Source of the DNA: Eledone cirrhosa
Taxonomy: Eukaryota
Length of the DNA: 64,000 bases
Direction of reading: 5' to 3'
NCBI GenBank assembly: GCA_964016885.1
Contig: OZ024752.1
Span: 19,778,001-19,842,000 of the forward strand
Shown: one piece after another, positions 12,183-24,257 of the stretch
Numbering within the stretch: position 1 is the stretch's first letter
How the letters are laid out: each line of letters begins with the position of its first letter
Made by a program: the position numbers and the translations under genes
The notes under the pieces: generated by a model
Database searches by the model: none
What the model saw: only the letters and a program-made list of their open reading frames with translations
Told to the model about the DNA's origin: nothing

Positions 12183-13615
12183 TTGGTGTTGTTGGTAGTG
12201 GTGGTGGTGGTGTCGATAGTGGTGGTGTAGGTAGTGGTGGTGGTGTAGGTGGTGGTGGTGGTAGTGGTGGTGGTGGTAGTGGTGGTGGTGTAGGTAGTGG
12301 TGGTGGTGGTATTGGTGGTGTAGGTAGTGGTAGTGGTGTCGGTAGTGGTAGTGGTGGTGGTGTAGGTAGTGGTAGTGGTAGTGGTGGTGGTGTAGGTAGT
12401 GGTAGTGGTAGTGGGGTAGGTAGTGGTGTAGGTAGGGGTAGTGGTGTTGGTGTAGGTAGTGGTAGTGGTGTAGGTAGTGGTGGTGGTGGTGTAGGTAGTG
12501 GTGGTGGTGGTGTAGGTGGTGGTGGTGGTGGTGTAGGTAGTGGTGATGGTGGTGTAGGTAGTGGTGATGGTGGTGTAGGTAGTGGTGTGGGTAGTGGTGG
12601 TATAGGTAGTGGTGGTGGTGTAGGTAGTGGTGGTATAGGTAGTGGTGGTGGTAGTAGTGGTGGTAGTGGTGTAGGTGGTGTAGGTAGTGGTAGTGGTGTA
12701 TGTAGTGGTAGTGGTAGTGGTGGTGTAGCACCAAAGAGTTGATAGGTGCAGTGTAGGGTGTGGACTGTAAATCTGCAGGAAATTGTTGTGGGATAGATGT
12801 GTAATATGAGAGACTGACATTGGTGACGTTGGTGGCATTAACAGTAGCTAGAGTGGCGGTGGTGGGGAGGTGGGGACAGTAATGGTGGCGATAGGGGTGG
12901 TGGTGGTGGTGGGAGGAGGTGGTGATAGTAATGGTGGCGATACGGGTGGTGGTGGTGGTGGTGGTGGTCATCATCAGAGTGGCGGTGGGGACAGTAATGG
13001 TGGCGATAGGGGTGGTGGTGGTGGGGGGAGGTGGTGATAGTAATGGTGGCGATACGGGTGGTGGTGGTGGTGGTGGTGGTCATCATCAGAGTGGCGGTGG
13101 TGGGGAGGTGGGGACAGTAATGGTGGCGATAGGGGTGGTGGTGGTGGGGGGGAGGTGGTGATAGTAATGGTGGCGATACGGGTGGTGGTGGTGGTGGTCA
13201 TCATCAGAGTGGCGGTGGTGGGGAGGTGGGGACAGTAATGGTGGCGATAGGGGTGGTGGTGGTGGTGGGAGGAGGTGGTGATAGTAATGGTGGCGATACG
13301 GGTGGTGGTGGTGGTCATCATCAGAGTGGCGGTGGTGGGGAGGTGGTGACAGTAATGGTGGCGATAGGGGTGGTGGTGGTGGTGGTGGTGGTGGTCATCA
13401 TCAGAGTGGCGGTGGTGGGGAGGTGGGGACAGTAATGGTGGCGATACGGGTGGTGGTGGGGTGGGGAGGAGGGGTGATTGTAATGATATTGGAGGTTGCA
13501 GAAGTTATGCTGTTTCTGGTTGTAGTAGTAGTAGTAGTATTAGTTGTTGTTGTTCTTGTAATAGCAGTAGTAGTAGCAGTAGTAGTAGTAGTATTAGTTG
13601 TTGTAGTAACAGCAG

Positions 13616-13647
<32 letters not shown>

Positions 13648-13690
13648 ACACCAGCAGCAGCAGTAGTAGTAGTAGTAGTAGTTGTAGTTG
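12183..13690. repeat. (GGT)n/(AGT)n-derived simple repeats, with a compound repeat of roughly 100-120-bp units at 12850-13460
   Basis: Trinucleotide periodicity and recurring gtcatcatcagagtggcggtgg units. Confidence 0.9.
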
Positions 13691-14149
13691 CAGTATGTGT
13701 CTGTATGTATGTATCTAACTATGTATGTGTGTGTGTGTGGGTATGTATGTATGGATGTATGTATGTGTGAGTGTGTGGGTATGTATGGATGTATGTATGT
13801 ATGTGTGTGTGGGTATGTATGTATGTATGTATGTATGTATGTATGTGTGGGTATGTATGTATATGTGTAGGATGTATGTGTGTGTGGGTATGTATGTATG
13901 TATGTATGTATGTATGCGTGGGTATGTATGTACATGTGTAGGATGTATGTATGTATGTGTGGGTATGTATGTATATGTGTAGGATGTATGTATGTGTGGG
14001 TATGTATGTACATGTGTAGGATGTATGTATGTATGTGTGGGTATGTATGTATATGTGTAGGATGTATGTATGTATGTGTATGTATGTATGTATGTATGTA
14101 TGTATGTATGTATGTATGTATGTATGTATTATGTATGTATGTATGTTAT

Positions 14150-14761
14150 GGTCAGGTCACCAGTTGGTGCTACTGGTAACATGTATCCCAGTACAACCTG
14201 TCCCATGGTCGGGTCGTTGGCGACTAAACTGGCAACCCCGCCAAGGTTTCTTGGTGAGGAGGGTGACTTTGGACATCCTGCAGGACTAAAAACAAAACCT
14301 GTCAAAGGGCAAAGGAACTCTTAAGAGTCAATGGCCATCCAAAATCACCGGGAGAGATGACCCCTTAGCCTTTGTCAATGCAGAATTCTAGGAGAAGGAA
14401 AACTCTGATATAACACCTGCAACCCTGATGGTATCCAATGATGTTGACTTGTTCTTCTTTTTGGTAAATATCATCTTGGTTAAGAGAGTGGGACTGGCTT
14501 TGTGCAGTGCCTTTGCTCACTATAAAAGCTTCACGGCACAGGCATTGCTTTATATCTGGAGATCTCTCTGCACTTGTCATCACAGGGTACCATGGGCCCA
14601 GCACTATGTGTCAGTAATTGTCACAAGTGTAGTGTTTGTACCAAAGTTTTCAAGTCGCTTGCTGGACTAAAAAGTCACACTCGTTCAGCGCATCAGTAGG
14701 GGTTCTCCTACATGGATATAAAGTAGTGGCCGTACTCGAAAACGAGTTGGCAGCCACCATG
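14150..14761 (+). mobile_element. Non-autonomous RTE-derived retroelement, full-length
   Basis: As for 11021; flanked on both sides by (TATG)n. Confidence 0.82.
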
Positions 14762-15534
14762 TATGTATGTATGTATGTATGTATGTATGTATGTGTGTGT
14801 GGGTATGTATGTATATGTGTAGGATGTATGTATGTATGTATGTTAGGGTATGTATGTATATGTGTAGGATGTATGTATGTATGTATGTGTGGGTATGTAT
14901 GTATATGTGTAGGATGTATGTATGTATGTATGTGTGGGTATGTATGTATATGTGTAGGATGTATGTATGTATGTGTGGGTATGTATGTATTTGTGTAGGA
15001 TGTATGTATGTATGTGTGGGTATGTATGTATATGTGTAGGATGTATGTATGTATGCGTGAATGTATTTCTATCATTGAAACCAGTAAAAGAATATAGATA
15101 GTATAGATGTGTTAATTCAAAATATATACGAGTGAGTTAGTGAGTGTGTGAGTGTGAGTGTGTGTGTGTGTGTGTGTGAGTGTGAGTGTGTGAGTGTGAG
15201 TGTGAGTGTGTGTGTGTGTGTGTGTGAGTGTGAGTGTGTGAGTGTGAGTGTGTGTGTGTGTGTGTGTGTGAGTGTGTGTGTGTGTGTGTGAACGAGGTTT
15301 AGCCAACTAGTTATTCCATTCCATTACAGAACAATATACATGTTAATGCCGGCTGCCAGTTTTCTCTAGTATCAATACAGTATCCAATCACCACACACCT
15401 ATACACCTATACGGCATCCTTAATCTGGTCTTTTATACAAATTTATGCTGAGTCTACAGCCCCCCCCCACACACACACACCTATAAAATCAATCTCTCTG
15501 ATATGTCAATTATTTATATTATTATTATTGTTAT

Positions 15535-15650
15535 TATAGTGATTCTTTGCCCAACGGATAAGCTTATACCGTTTCGATAGCAAATGAGATATTGAATTTC
15601 TCATTAGTTAGCGAAACAGTATAAGCTTAACCTTAGTGCAAAAAATCCTT
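15535..15650. repeat. Fold-back palindrome centred on an HHR stem II (3' half GAAA-cag-TA)
   Basis: ataagcttataccgtttcg...cgaaacagtataagctta inverted arms around the hairpin aatgagatat-tga-atttctcatt. Confidence 0.6.
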
Positions 15651-16524
15651 ATGCTAATATCTACACTTTACTTTCCTTAAGAACAAAATACTAAGCTGAA
15701 TAATGATCTTTCTGGTGCGTTTCACGAGGCAGAGGTCAATATCTGCTTCAAATATACTAAAGCTGGGTTTCCAGACGCTTTCCAAACACCAGACAATTTA
15801 AAAAACATTGGAATTGAAATAACCTACATAGAGAGGTGAGAAATGATCTAAACGTAGCATTATCAGGTGCAGGGCCAGACTTTTAAGTGCTGAGGCACTA
15901 AGCTATAAACATTTAAAACCCTTCTCTAAGTATTCTTATTTTTGTGTTAATGATAGAGAATCAATAAATGTTTGTATTTATCAATGTCGTGGTATAGGTA
16001 CGGCATTTGGTCACGTTTCTTGGTGTCACACTTTCTTAACTCTGCACGAAAATGTATTAACTTTCCGCACTATTGAGTGCTTTATGACTGCCTCAAACAA
16101 TTCGATTGGTATCTGCTCTACTGCGGCTACAACTTCGATTTATACCAATTATTATTATTATCATGATTATATATATATATATATTTACATGACCAAGACC
16201 GTTATTGCTCTGTTCCAACCAGGCTATTCACCCTAAATATACATACAATTACACCACACATAATACACTATATACATATATAGAGAACAAACGGAAGCAA
16301 TCATCAAATGCCCTAAACTTAAACAATACACTCGGAAAACAAAACGAAAAATAAACAAGACATCTTGTGGACAAGACCATCGGATTCCAAACTCGTAAAA
16401 ATTACTTTCGCAAAAACCGAGTCAATCATGAACTAAATATCTATATCAGAGCTAAGACAACCACCCAAAAATCCCTACCTCAAACATCATATATATATAG
16501 AGAGAGAGATATATATAGATATCT

Positions 16525-16795
16525 TCTTCTTCGCCCGCTTATTCCTGAGAGGGTCGTGGGAGTAGGGTCCTCAAACAATCCTTCCAGTAGGTCTTGTCAG
16601 AAGCAACCGTCTTCAACTGATCCGGCTGGGTCCCCAAGCGAGACCAACCAAGCTCATGGAAGTTATCCAACCATTGCTCTCGGGGTCTACCCCTGGGTCT
16701 CCTGTCGGTTGGCTTCGTCCGTAAAATACGTCCAGTGATTTTTTTTTCCTGAGACATTCTAACCAGATGTCCATAGTATCGGAGCTGTGATCTCT
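16525..16795 (-). mobile_element. RTE-clade LINE 3' end with (AAG)n tail
   Basis: SQLRYYGHLVRMSQEKKITGRILRTKPTDRRPRGRPREQWLDN...WKDCLRTLLPRPSQE* followed by gaagaagaag. Confidence 0.88.
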
Positions 16796-16980
16796 AAATT
16801 CGGATGATTTAGTGTTAATGAATAAAAACTAATAATAAAATAAAAATATATTTTTAAAATGATGCCCCTTATAGGCAAGGCCAGCACTGCTCAGGTGGTT
16901 GAAGGAAAGATTACTAAGGAACTCCAAAAGAAATCCTCCATTCAATTTCTTTTTTGGTAATGGACAGAAGACCCATTGCT

Positions 16981-17056
<76 letters not shown>

Positions 17057-17070
17057 GTATATATATATAT

Positions 17071-17682
17071 ATGGTGGCTGCCAACTCGTTTTCGAGTTCG
17101 GCCACTACCTTATATCCATGTAGGAGAACCCCTACCGATGCGCTGAACGAGTGTGACTTTTTAGTCCAGCCAGCGACTTGAAAACTCGGGTACAAACACT
17201 ACACTTGTGACAATTATTGACACATAGTGCTGGGCCCATGGTACCATGTGACGACAAGTGCAGAGAGATCTCCAGATATAAAGCAATGCCTGTGCCGTGA
17301 AGCTTTTATAGTGAGCAAAGGCACTGCACAAAGCCAGTCCCACTCTCTTAACCAAGATGATATTTACCAAAAAGAAGAACAAGTCAACATCATTGGATAC
17401 CATCAGGGTTTCAGGTGTTCTATCAGAGTTTTCCTTCTCCTAGAATTCTGCCTTGACAAAGGCTAAAGGGTCATCTCTCCCGGTGATTTTGGATGGCCAT
17501 TGACTCTTAAGAGCTCCTTTGCCCTTTGACAGGTTTTGTTTTTAGTCCTGCAAGATGTCCAAAGTCACCCTCCTCACCAAGAAACCTTGGTGGGGTTGCC
17601 AGTTTAGTCGCCAACGACCCGACCATGAGACAGGTTGTACTGGGATACATGTTACCAGTAGCACCAACTGGTGACCTGACAT
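17071..17682 (-). mobile_element. Non-autonomous RTE-derived retroelement, full-length, in (TA)n
   Basis: Near-identical to the 14150 copy. Confidence 0.82.
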
Positions 17683-17684
17683 AA

Positions 17685-17731
<47 letters not shown>

Positions 17732-17734
<3 letters not shown>

Positions 17735-17831
17735 GGTGTCGTCCAAAAATGTATACACACTTCAACAACATTCTAATAAATATTTCCTGTACAGGTAATC
17801 AAAGTGAATATAGATTTTTTGTGACACCCTG
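17732..17831. mobile_element. Tc1/mariner-type MITE
   Basis: TA|cagggtgtc...gacaccctg|TA: TIRs with a TA TSD. Confidence 0.8.
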
Positions 17832-17849
17832 TAAATATATATATATATA

Positions 17850-18042
17850 GAAAAAAGTATGACCCCGACGGCAGAGCTCAAGCCGTATCGACGGCTATTT
17901 CTGGACACGAAATAGCCGTTGAAACGGCTTGATCTCTGCCGTCGGGGTCATACTTTTTCCTATTTCCCACCCTACTACCCTAAGTATTGAGTACTCTGGT
18001 GCGTTATGGTCCATCTGGTTCCTTACCACAATTTCTTTGTTA
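17850..18042 (+). mobile_element. Fold-back HHR mini-element F1
   Basis: Palindrome followed by the tail ...ggtccatctggttccttaccacaatttctttgtt(ta)n. Confidence 0.85.
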
Positions 18043-18264
18043 TATATATATATTAATCTCCCCCTGGTCGAGATGAAATTTGGTCGTTTTGACTACTGCT
18101 ATTTATAGTGGTAGTAGACTGACCTCCCTGCCTCTGCCGTCTGTCTTTGCACACGGCACTGGACAGAATTGCTTCCACATCAATCATTCTCATCTCGGGA
18201 ACAGTTTTGAATAGCGCCAGTCGTAATTTGAACTCGGGAATTTTATATTCTCCGAGTGAAAAGA

Positions 18265-18351
18265 ACCTTCTGACGAGAGTTTATCTTTTCAATGGAAGCC
18301 CGCAAGGACTGTCCATTTATTTTTGAGACTCGAAACCGATTCGGTAAAGGT
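18265..18351 (+). ncRNA. Intact type I hammerhead ribozyme with extended stem II
   Basis: acctt-CTGACGA-gagttt...agactc-GAAA-ccg-att-cgg-TA-aaggt. All three helices pair; predicted GUA cleavage after 18346. Confidence 0.9.
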
Positions 18352-18418
18352 AACCATAGTAAGTACAGTGAATTTTTTGAAATTTATTTTGAAACTTTTT
18401 CTTATTTGCTAAACCTTG

Positions 18419-18469
<51 letters not shown>

Positions 18470-18756
18470 TACATATGTACGTATATATGGTTGCGTCATA
18501 CACAAACATATATACACACACCGACACACATACACACATACTAATTTTGTGTTGGGGATTAATTGTGATGGAGAAGGTTTTGCAGGGAAGAGTTTGTGGA
18601 AAACAATGGAAGACAATAAGATAGACGTTGCTCCCTGCTGACGGCCTGGGTAACTGAGACTAATATTGAGTTGTTTAATGAGAGCGGTGTCCCGGACCAC
18701 AGACATACACGAGGAATATAAAGTCTGCTAATACATCCAATTGCAGAAGAAATAAT

Positions 18757-19035
18757 AATTGTTTCTACTTTTGGCACAAGACCAGCAATTACTCAGTACA
18801 TTACTGGTACTTTATTTTATCGACCCCGTAAGGATGAAAGGCAAAGTTAACCTCGGCAGGATTTGAACTCAGACCATAAAGGGACGTAACTATGCTGCAA
18901 AGCATGGCGTCCGACCCTCTACCGATACTGCCAATCCACCAATAATGGTTTCTGGTTAGGGCACAAGGCCAACAAATATTTGGGAGAGGAGAAAGTCGAT
19001 TAAATCGACCCAAATGCATTACTGGTACCTTATCT
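18757..19035 (-). mobile_element. SINE family A (full copy plus partial copy)
   Basis: Family consensus. Confidence 0.9.
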
Positions 19036-19099
19036 TAAACATAAATATTTAAGATTTTCGGGTGGTAAAAAATTATATATATATATACACATACATACA

Positions 19100-19150
<51 letters not shown>

Positions 19151-19800
19151 GTATGCATGTACGTATGTATGTACAAAATCATGTACAGCGCTCAACAATG
19201 TAAATATTTTTATTGCATTTGTTTGGAGAAAGAATAATATTTCTTATTTACTAAAAATGTGTGTATTGTGAAATAGATTTAGCACAGGTGACTTATTAGA
19301 GGACAACGTTAGTGGGAGTAGTGGAGCTAATTTATCATTTATATATCAGCTAGACTGGCACGAGGCTTCCGACAATATATTACAAAACAAAAGTAAAAGA
19401 AAGATGATTTATTAATGAGCTGTGAATATATTAAAGGTGGGCGTGGTATGAATGTAATTTACTGCCCACATCTATGTAGCTGACCTTCTATAAGGTTTCA
19501 TCTCATGGATATTGAGGGTGTTTTAATGATAGAGGCATCAGTCCTGTCATGAAAAGCAGCGTGAAATGAAGCATTTTGCTGAAGAACAGAGCGCACCATC
19601 CGCTTCAGGAATCGAACTCACGAGCTTATGATCGTGAATCCAACATCCTAAATACTACGCCACACGTCTCCACTGGGCTAAATGCACGTAAAGAAAACTA
19701 AAACCCAAATGAAAGCAGAGATAAGAGTAACGAGCACGATGTTTGGAGACGAACCCACACAGCCTAGTTCAATCGTTGTATTATTAGTTCTGAGCGGGCG

Positions 19801-19950
19801 CAGGGCTAGATTTATGGCGAAGCGGACGGGGCATTTGCCCTGAGCCTCCCATCAGCAGGGGGCCCTATCAGCGGGGGTAGTGCCCTATCGACAGGAGTGG
19901 AGCCGAAGTAAGATATATGTGCCCAGGGTCCTCAAGTTCTAAATCCAGCC
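19801..19950. mobile_element. Probable DNA-transposon MITE (hAT-like TIR)
   Basis: cagggctagattta...taaatccagcc; a similar end, taaatccggccctg, occurs at 62523-62536. Confidence 0.5.
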
Positions 19951-20658
19951 AATCCAGCCTGATTGGTTAAAAGGTTCGTTTCATAATCATGAAGTCCTGG
20001 GTTCGATACCATTGCGTTGCATCTTGGTCAAACGTCTTTATGATAGCCTCAATGTAACCCAAGCGGTGTTGAGGAAATCGGTAGATGGAAACTGCTTAGA
20101 AGTGTACCAGTCATGTATTGGGATCTATTGGCTAACCCCACTCATCCACATATCTCTGATCCAATGCTAGAAAACATTAGATTAAGAACGTTGACTCAAC
20201 GACTTCTATCCCCTACATAAATTGAGCGATCCTAAAACTTATTGATAGAGGCAACAAATAGGATCTGAATAGCCTTATTTAGGCGCCTGTCTTGAGTGAC
20301 GAGAAGCACGTTCTCTGACCAACAATCTCATTATAGAACTGTGTACCTCTTAACATGAAACCATAAACTACCGAACCACAGAATGTTATTGAGACATTAA
20401 ATGTATTACACAAACTTTAATGTAAATATGAATGTTGTAGACTTGATGACTCCAACATTTGCAGTGGACACAATAATCATTACTCAATATGCACGCGTAA
20501 CATAATAGTGCAACACAGTACGAATGCAAGGATTGCATGTTTACATCCTTTACCCGAAAAATCGCCATATTCTCTGCCCCCCCCCCCCCCCACACACACA
20601 CACCTAACCGACCCATCCTCGACTTTGGATAACTGTGAAAGCAACAGTTTTCTTTTAA

Positions 20659-20910
20659 CCCTTTAGCATTTAAACCGGCTGTATCCGGCCAGAATGTTCT
20701 CACCTCTTCCTGTTCGAACCGGCCGTAACCTTCCACTCATACTGATGTTAATAACTGGCCCAGATCATGTCTAACTTAATAGCACCACCTGGCAAGGTAT
20801 TGTTCTCAAAATAAATAACATCAAAGTCTCATAGATTCGATATTATGTGAGGTAAAGTCTTTACCGTAAAAATACAATAATATATATAGAGTAATGTAAA
20901 TGCTAAAGGG
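20659..20910. mobile_element. piggyBac-like MITE
   Basis: TTAA|ccctttagcattta ... taaatgctaaaggg|TTAG inverted termini. Confidence 0.72.
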
Positions 20911-21116
20911 TTAGGCATGTTTCCAAATTTGGGAAATAATAATTTCAAACGTATTTCTTGCAGTAAGATGAAAGGCGTTAAACCTGACAGGATTTGCTTC
21001 AAGAAACTAAATAATCTTAAAGTATTTATGTAATCCGGTACTTCGTCGTTTGAAGCAAAGCATTGCTTTTCTTTTCTTAAATATTGGTTTCCTTGGATAA
21101 GCCTTAGGCCAATTTG

Positions 21117-22200
21117 TATAGGTGAAGGCGCATGACCTGGTGGTAAGGGTGTTGGACTTACAATCATAATGTTATAGGTGAAGGCGCAGGGCCTGGTGGT
21201 AAGGGTGTTGGACTTACAATCATAATGTTATAGGTGAAGGCGCAGGGCCTGGTGGTAAGGGTGTTGGACTTACAATCATAATGTTATAGGTGAAGGCGCA
21301 TGGCCTGATGGTAAGGGTGTTGGACTTACAATCATAATGTTATAGGTGAAGGCGCAGGGCCTGGTGGTAAGGGTGTTGGACTTACAATCATAATGTTATA
21401 GGTGAAGGCGCAGGGCCTGGTGGTAAGGGTGTTGGACTTACAATCATAATGTTATAGGTGAAGGCGCATGGCCTGATGGTAAGGGTGTTGGACTTACAAT
21501 CATAATGTTATAGGTGAAGGCGCAGGGCCTGGTGGTAAGGGTGTTGGACTTACAATCATAATGTTATAGGTGAAGGCGCATGGCCTGGTGGTAAGGGTGT
21601 TGGACTTACAATCATAATGTTATAGGTGAAGGCGCAGGGCCTGGTGGTAAGGGTGTTGGACTTACAATCATAATGTTATAGGTGAAGGCGCAGGGCCTGG
21701 TGGTAAGGGTGTTGGACTTACAATCATAATGTTATAGGTGAAGGCGCATGGCCTGATGGTAAGGGTGTTGGACTTACAATCATAATGTTATAGGTGAAGG
21801 CGCAGGGCCTGGTGGTAAGGGTGTTGGACTTACAATCATAATGTTATAGGTGAAGGCGCATGGCCTGGTGGTAAGGGTGTTGAACTTACAATCATAATGT
21901 TATAGGTGAAGGCGCAGGGCCTGGTGGTAAGGGTGTTGGACTTACAATCATAATGTTATAGGTGAAGGCGCATGGCCTGATGGTAAGGGTGTTGGACTTA
22001 CAATCATAATGTTATAGGTGAAGGCGCAGGGCCTGGTGGTAAGGGTGTTGAACTTACAATCATAATGTCGTGGGTTCGATTACTTGACTGCATTATGTGC
22101 TGTGTTCTTGAGCAAAACACTTCATTTCACGTTGCTCCATTATACTCAGCTGAAAGTAAGTACCAGCAATAGCTGGGGTTTTAACCCTGAAATGGACTGT
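21117..22200 (+). repeat. 17 x 56-bp tandem array of a SINE family B 5' head, ending in one complete SINE
   Basis: Unit ggtgaaggcgcagggcctggtggtaagggtgttggacttacaatcataatgttata. The last unit continues into the B box (gggttcgatt) and the SINE body. Confidence 0.9.
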
Positions 22201-22401
22201 CTAGGGGCTTAATGAACCTTAACACTTTATATAGGAGTAAGTGACAGGGGCAACCTTCATTTGCATAAAAGTGGTCATTGGTAAAGAGAAGATTATATAT
22301 AAATTTGAAAGTTATCGAAGTCGTGGTCGCATGAATGCTACACGAGTGGATACAAGCCAGCTTCGAGATAAGACGTCACAACTACTCAGTTATATTTCCA
22401 C

Positions 22402-22453
<52 letters not shown>

Positions 22454-22455
<2 letters not shown>

Positions 22456-22648
22456 CGAAGAAGGTGTGGTAAGGAACCAGATGGACCATAACGCATCAGA
22501 GTACTCAATACGTAGGGTAGTAGAGTGGGTAATAGGATAATGTTCAAGACCCCGACGGCAGAGCTGAAGCCGTTTCGACGGCTATTTCTGTCCAGAAATA
22601 GCCGTCGAAACGGCTTGAACTCTGCCGTCGGGGTCTTGAACATTTTCA
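22454..22648 (-). mobile_element. Fold-back HHR mini-element F1
   Basis: Same tail; palindrome at 22538-22645. Confidence 0.85.
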
Positions 22649-22709
22649 TATATATATATACACACACATACATATACACACAGACATACACATATATGCA
22701 CACATAGAT

Positions 22710-22745
<36 letters not shown>

Positions 22746-22748
<3 letters not shown>

Positions 22749-22946
22749 GGAGTAGGTAAGACCCCGACGGCTGAGCTCAAGCCGTTTCGACGGCTAATTC
22801 TGTACTAATAGTACCGAATTAGCCGTCGAAATGGCTTGAGCTCAGCCGTCGGGGTCTTACTTACTCCTATTACCCACTCTACTACCCTAAGTATTGAGTA
22901 CTTTGGTGCGTTATGGTCCACCTGGTTCCTTACCACTTTTCCCTCG

Positions 22947-22947
<1 letters not shown>
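22746..22947 (+). mobile_element. Fold-back HHR mini-element F1
   Basis: Palindrome at 22746-22870 with a variant stem II, then the tail. Confidence 0.85.
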
Positions 22948-22988
<41 letters not shown>

Positions 22989-23228
22989 AAGGTATATATT
23001 GAGTTAGAAACTCAAAATAGTCTCTTACAATAAAATAGCTCTAGGAAAGAGATATTATATTTGAATATAAAGGAAAAACGAACACAGATATATATGTGTT
23101 CAAATCGTAAGGGACCAGATTCGCTAAGGTGAAAAGAATACTACCTATAGACAATTGGGTTTGCTTGTCTCAATTTAAGAAAAAAAATCAAGAAAATAAA
23201 TACAAACCGGAATTGTGGTAACTACCAA

Positions 23229-23308
23229 TCACCCAGACAGCTTTGGGTATACTGTTTCGCAAAATTAATTGTGAAGAGGAATATCGATTCTTGCTCATCA
23301 GTGGGTGA
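23229..23308 (-). ncRNA. Intact type I hammerhead ribozyme inside a ~680-bp inverted duplication (23050-23730)
   Basis: tcaccca-CTGATGA-gcaaga...ttttgc-GAAA-cag-tatacccaaag-ctg-TC-tgggtga; 7-bp stem I. Confidence 0.9.
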
Positions 23309-24097
23309 AGAATTATTATCCTGATCACTTCTAAGTATATTAAAAAACTGAATAGTGTGCGTATATATAATAACGCACATGGTATCTGAACTTAGCGTGT
23401 CTCACACCACTAAAAATAGCAGCCAGGTTTACTCGACATTTGAATTAGCTCAACAAATTAACGGAGCCGAATGTGCGTTATTATATATACGCACACTATT
23501 TAGTTTTTTAATATACTTAGAAGTGACCAGGATAATAATTCTTCACCAATAGTTACCACAATTCCGGTTTGTATTTATTTTCTTGATTTAATTTTAAATT
23601 GAGCCTGGCAAACCCTATTGTCTATAGGTAGTATTCTTTTCACCTTAGCGAATCTGGTCCCTTGCGATTTGAACACATATATGTATATGTCTGTGTTCGT
23701 TTTTCTTTTATATTCAATTATATATATATATATACACCTCGGATCTTTACCATCCACGCGCACACACCAACACCCATACAGGGGCTATACACACATACAC
23801 TCCACCCCAACACACAAAATGGTTTTTCAAACCCACGATCACATACACTCCCTTCCACCCAGACTCTCACACTAACATCTACACATACACACACACCTTA
23901 CCTTCCGCCATCCCCGCTCGGACTCTAATTTTGTTGCTTTCCCTCCTCCCTCTCTCTCCCTCCACCCACCCCTTACACACTACCCACCCTGCTTTTTATA
24001 TTTTTTTATATATTTTTTAATTCTGTTTCTATTTTTCCCGTCCTTTCATGTTTTTCCTATTAACCCCCCCCCCCTCACTCTCTGAGTTCCTCCCTAC

Positions 24098-24133
24098 TCT
24101 CCCGATGAAGGACTTATGTCCGAAACGTCGAAA
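24098..24133 (+). ncRNA. Degenerate minimal hammerhead (Penelope pLTR-like)
   Basis: CCGATGA-a-ggac-ttat-gtcc-GAAA-cg-TC; U4 position is C and stem I is weak. Confidence 0.6.
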
Positions 24134-24194
24134 CCTTCCCCCACTCTCACCAAGCGCGAAGCTAATAACACTATGCACCATTAACGCCTGCGTA

Positions 24195-24225
<31 letters not shown>

Positions 24226-24257
24226 GTGTGTGTGTGTGTGTAAACATGTTAAAAAAA

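Noticed and set aside
12108-13770. His-, Thr- or Gly-rich ORFs
   Set aside because: Products of (GGT)n/(AGT)n simple repeats.
14150-14300. HDV-like or twister ribozyme at the 5' end of the RTE-derived element
   Set aside because: Only partial resemblance; the required pseudoknot pairings could not be completed by eye.
21117-22066. CRISPR-like array
   Set aside because: The units are contiguous with no unique spacers, they derive from a SINE head, and the context is eukaryotic.
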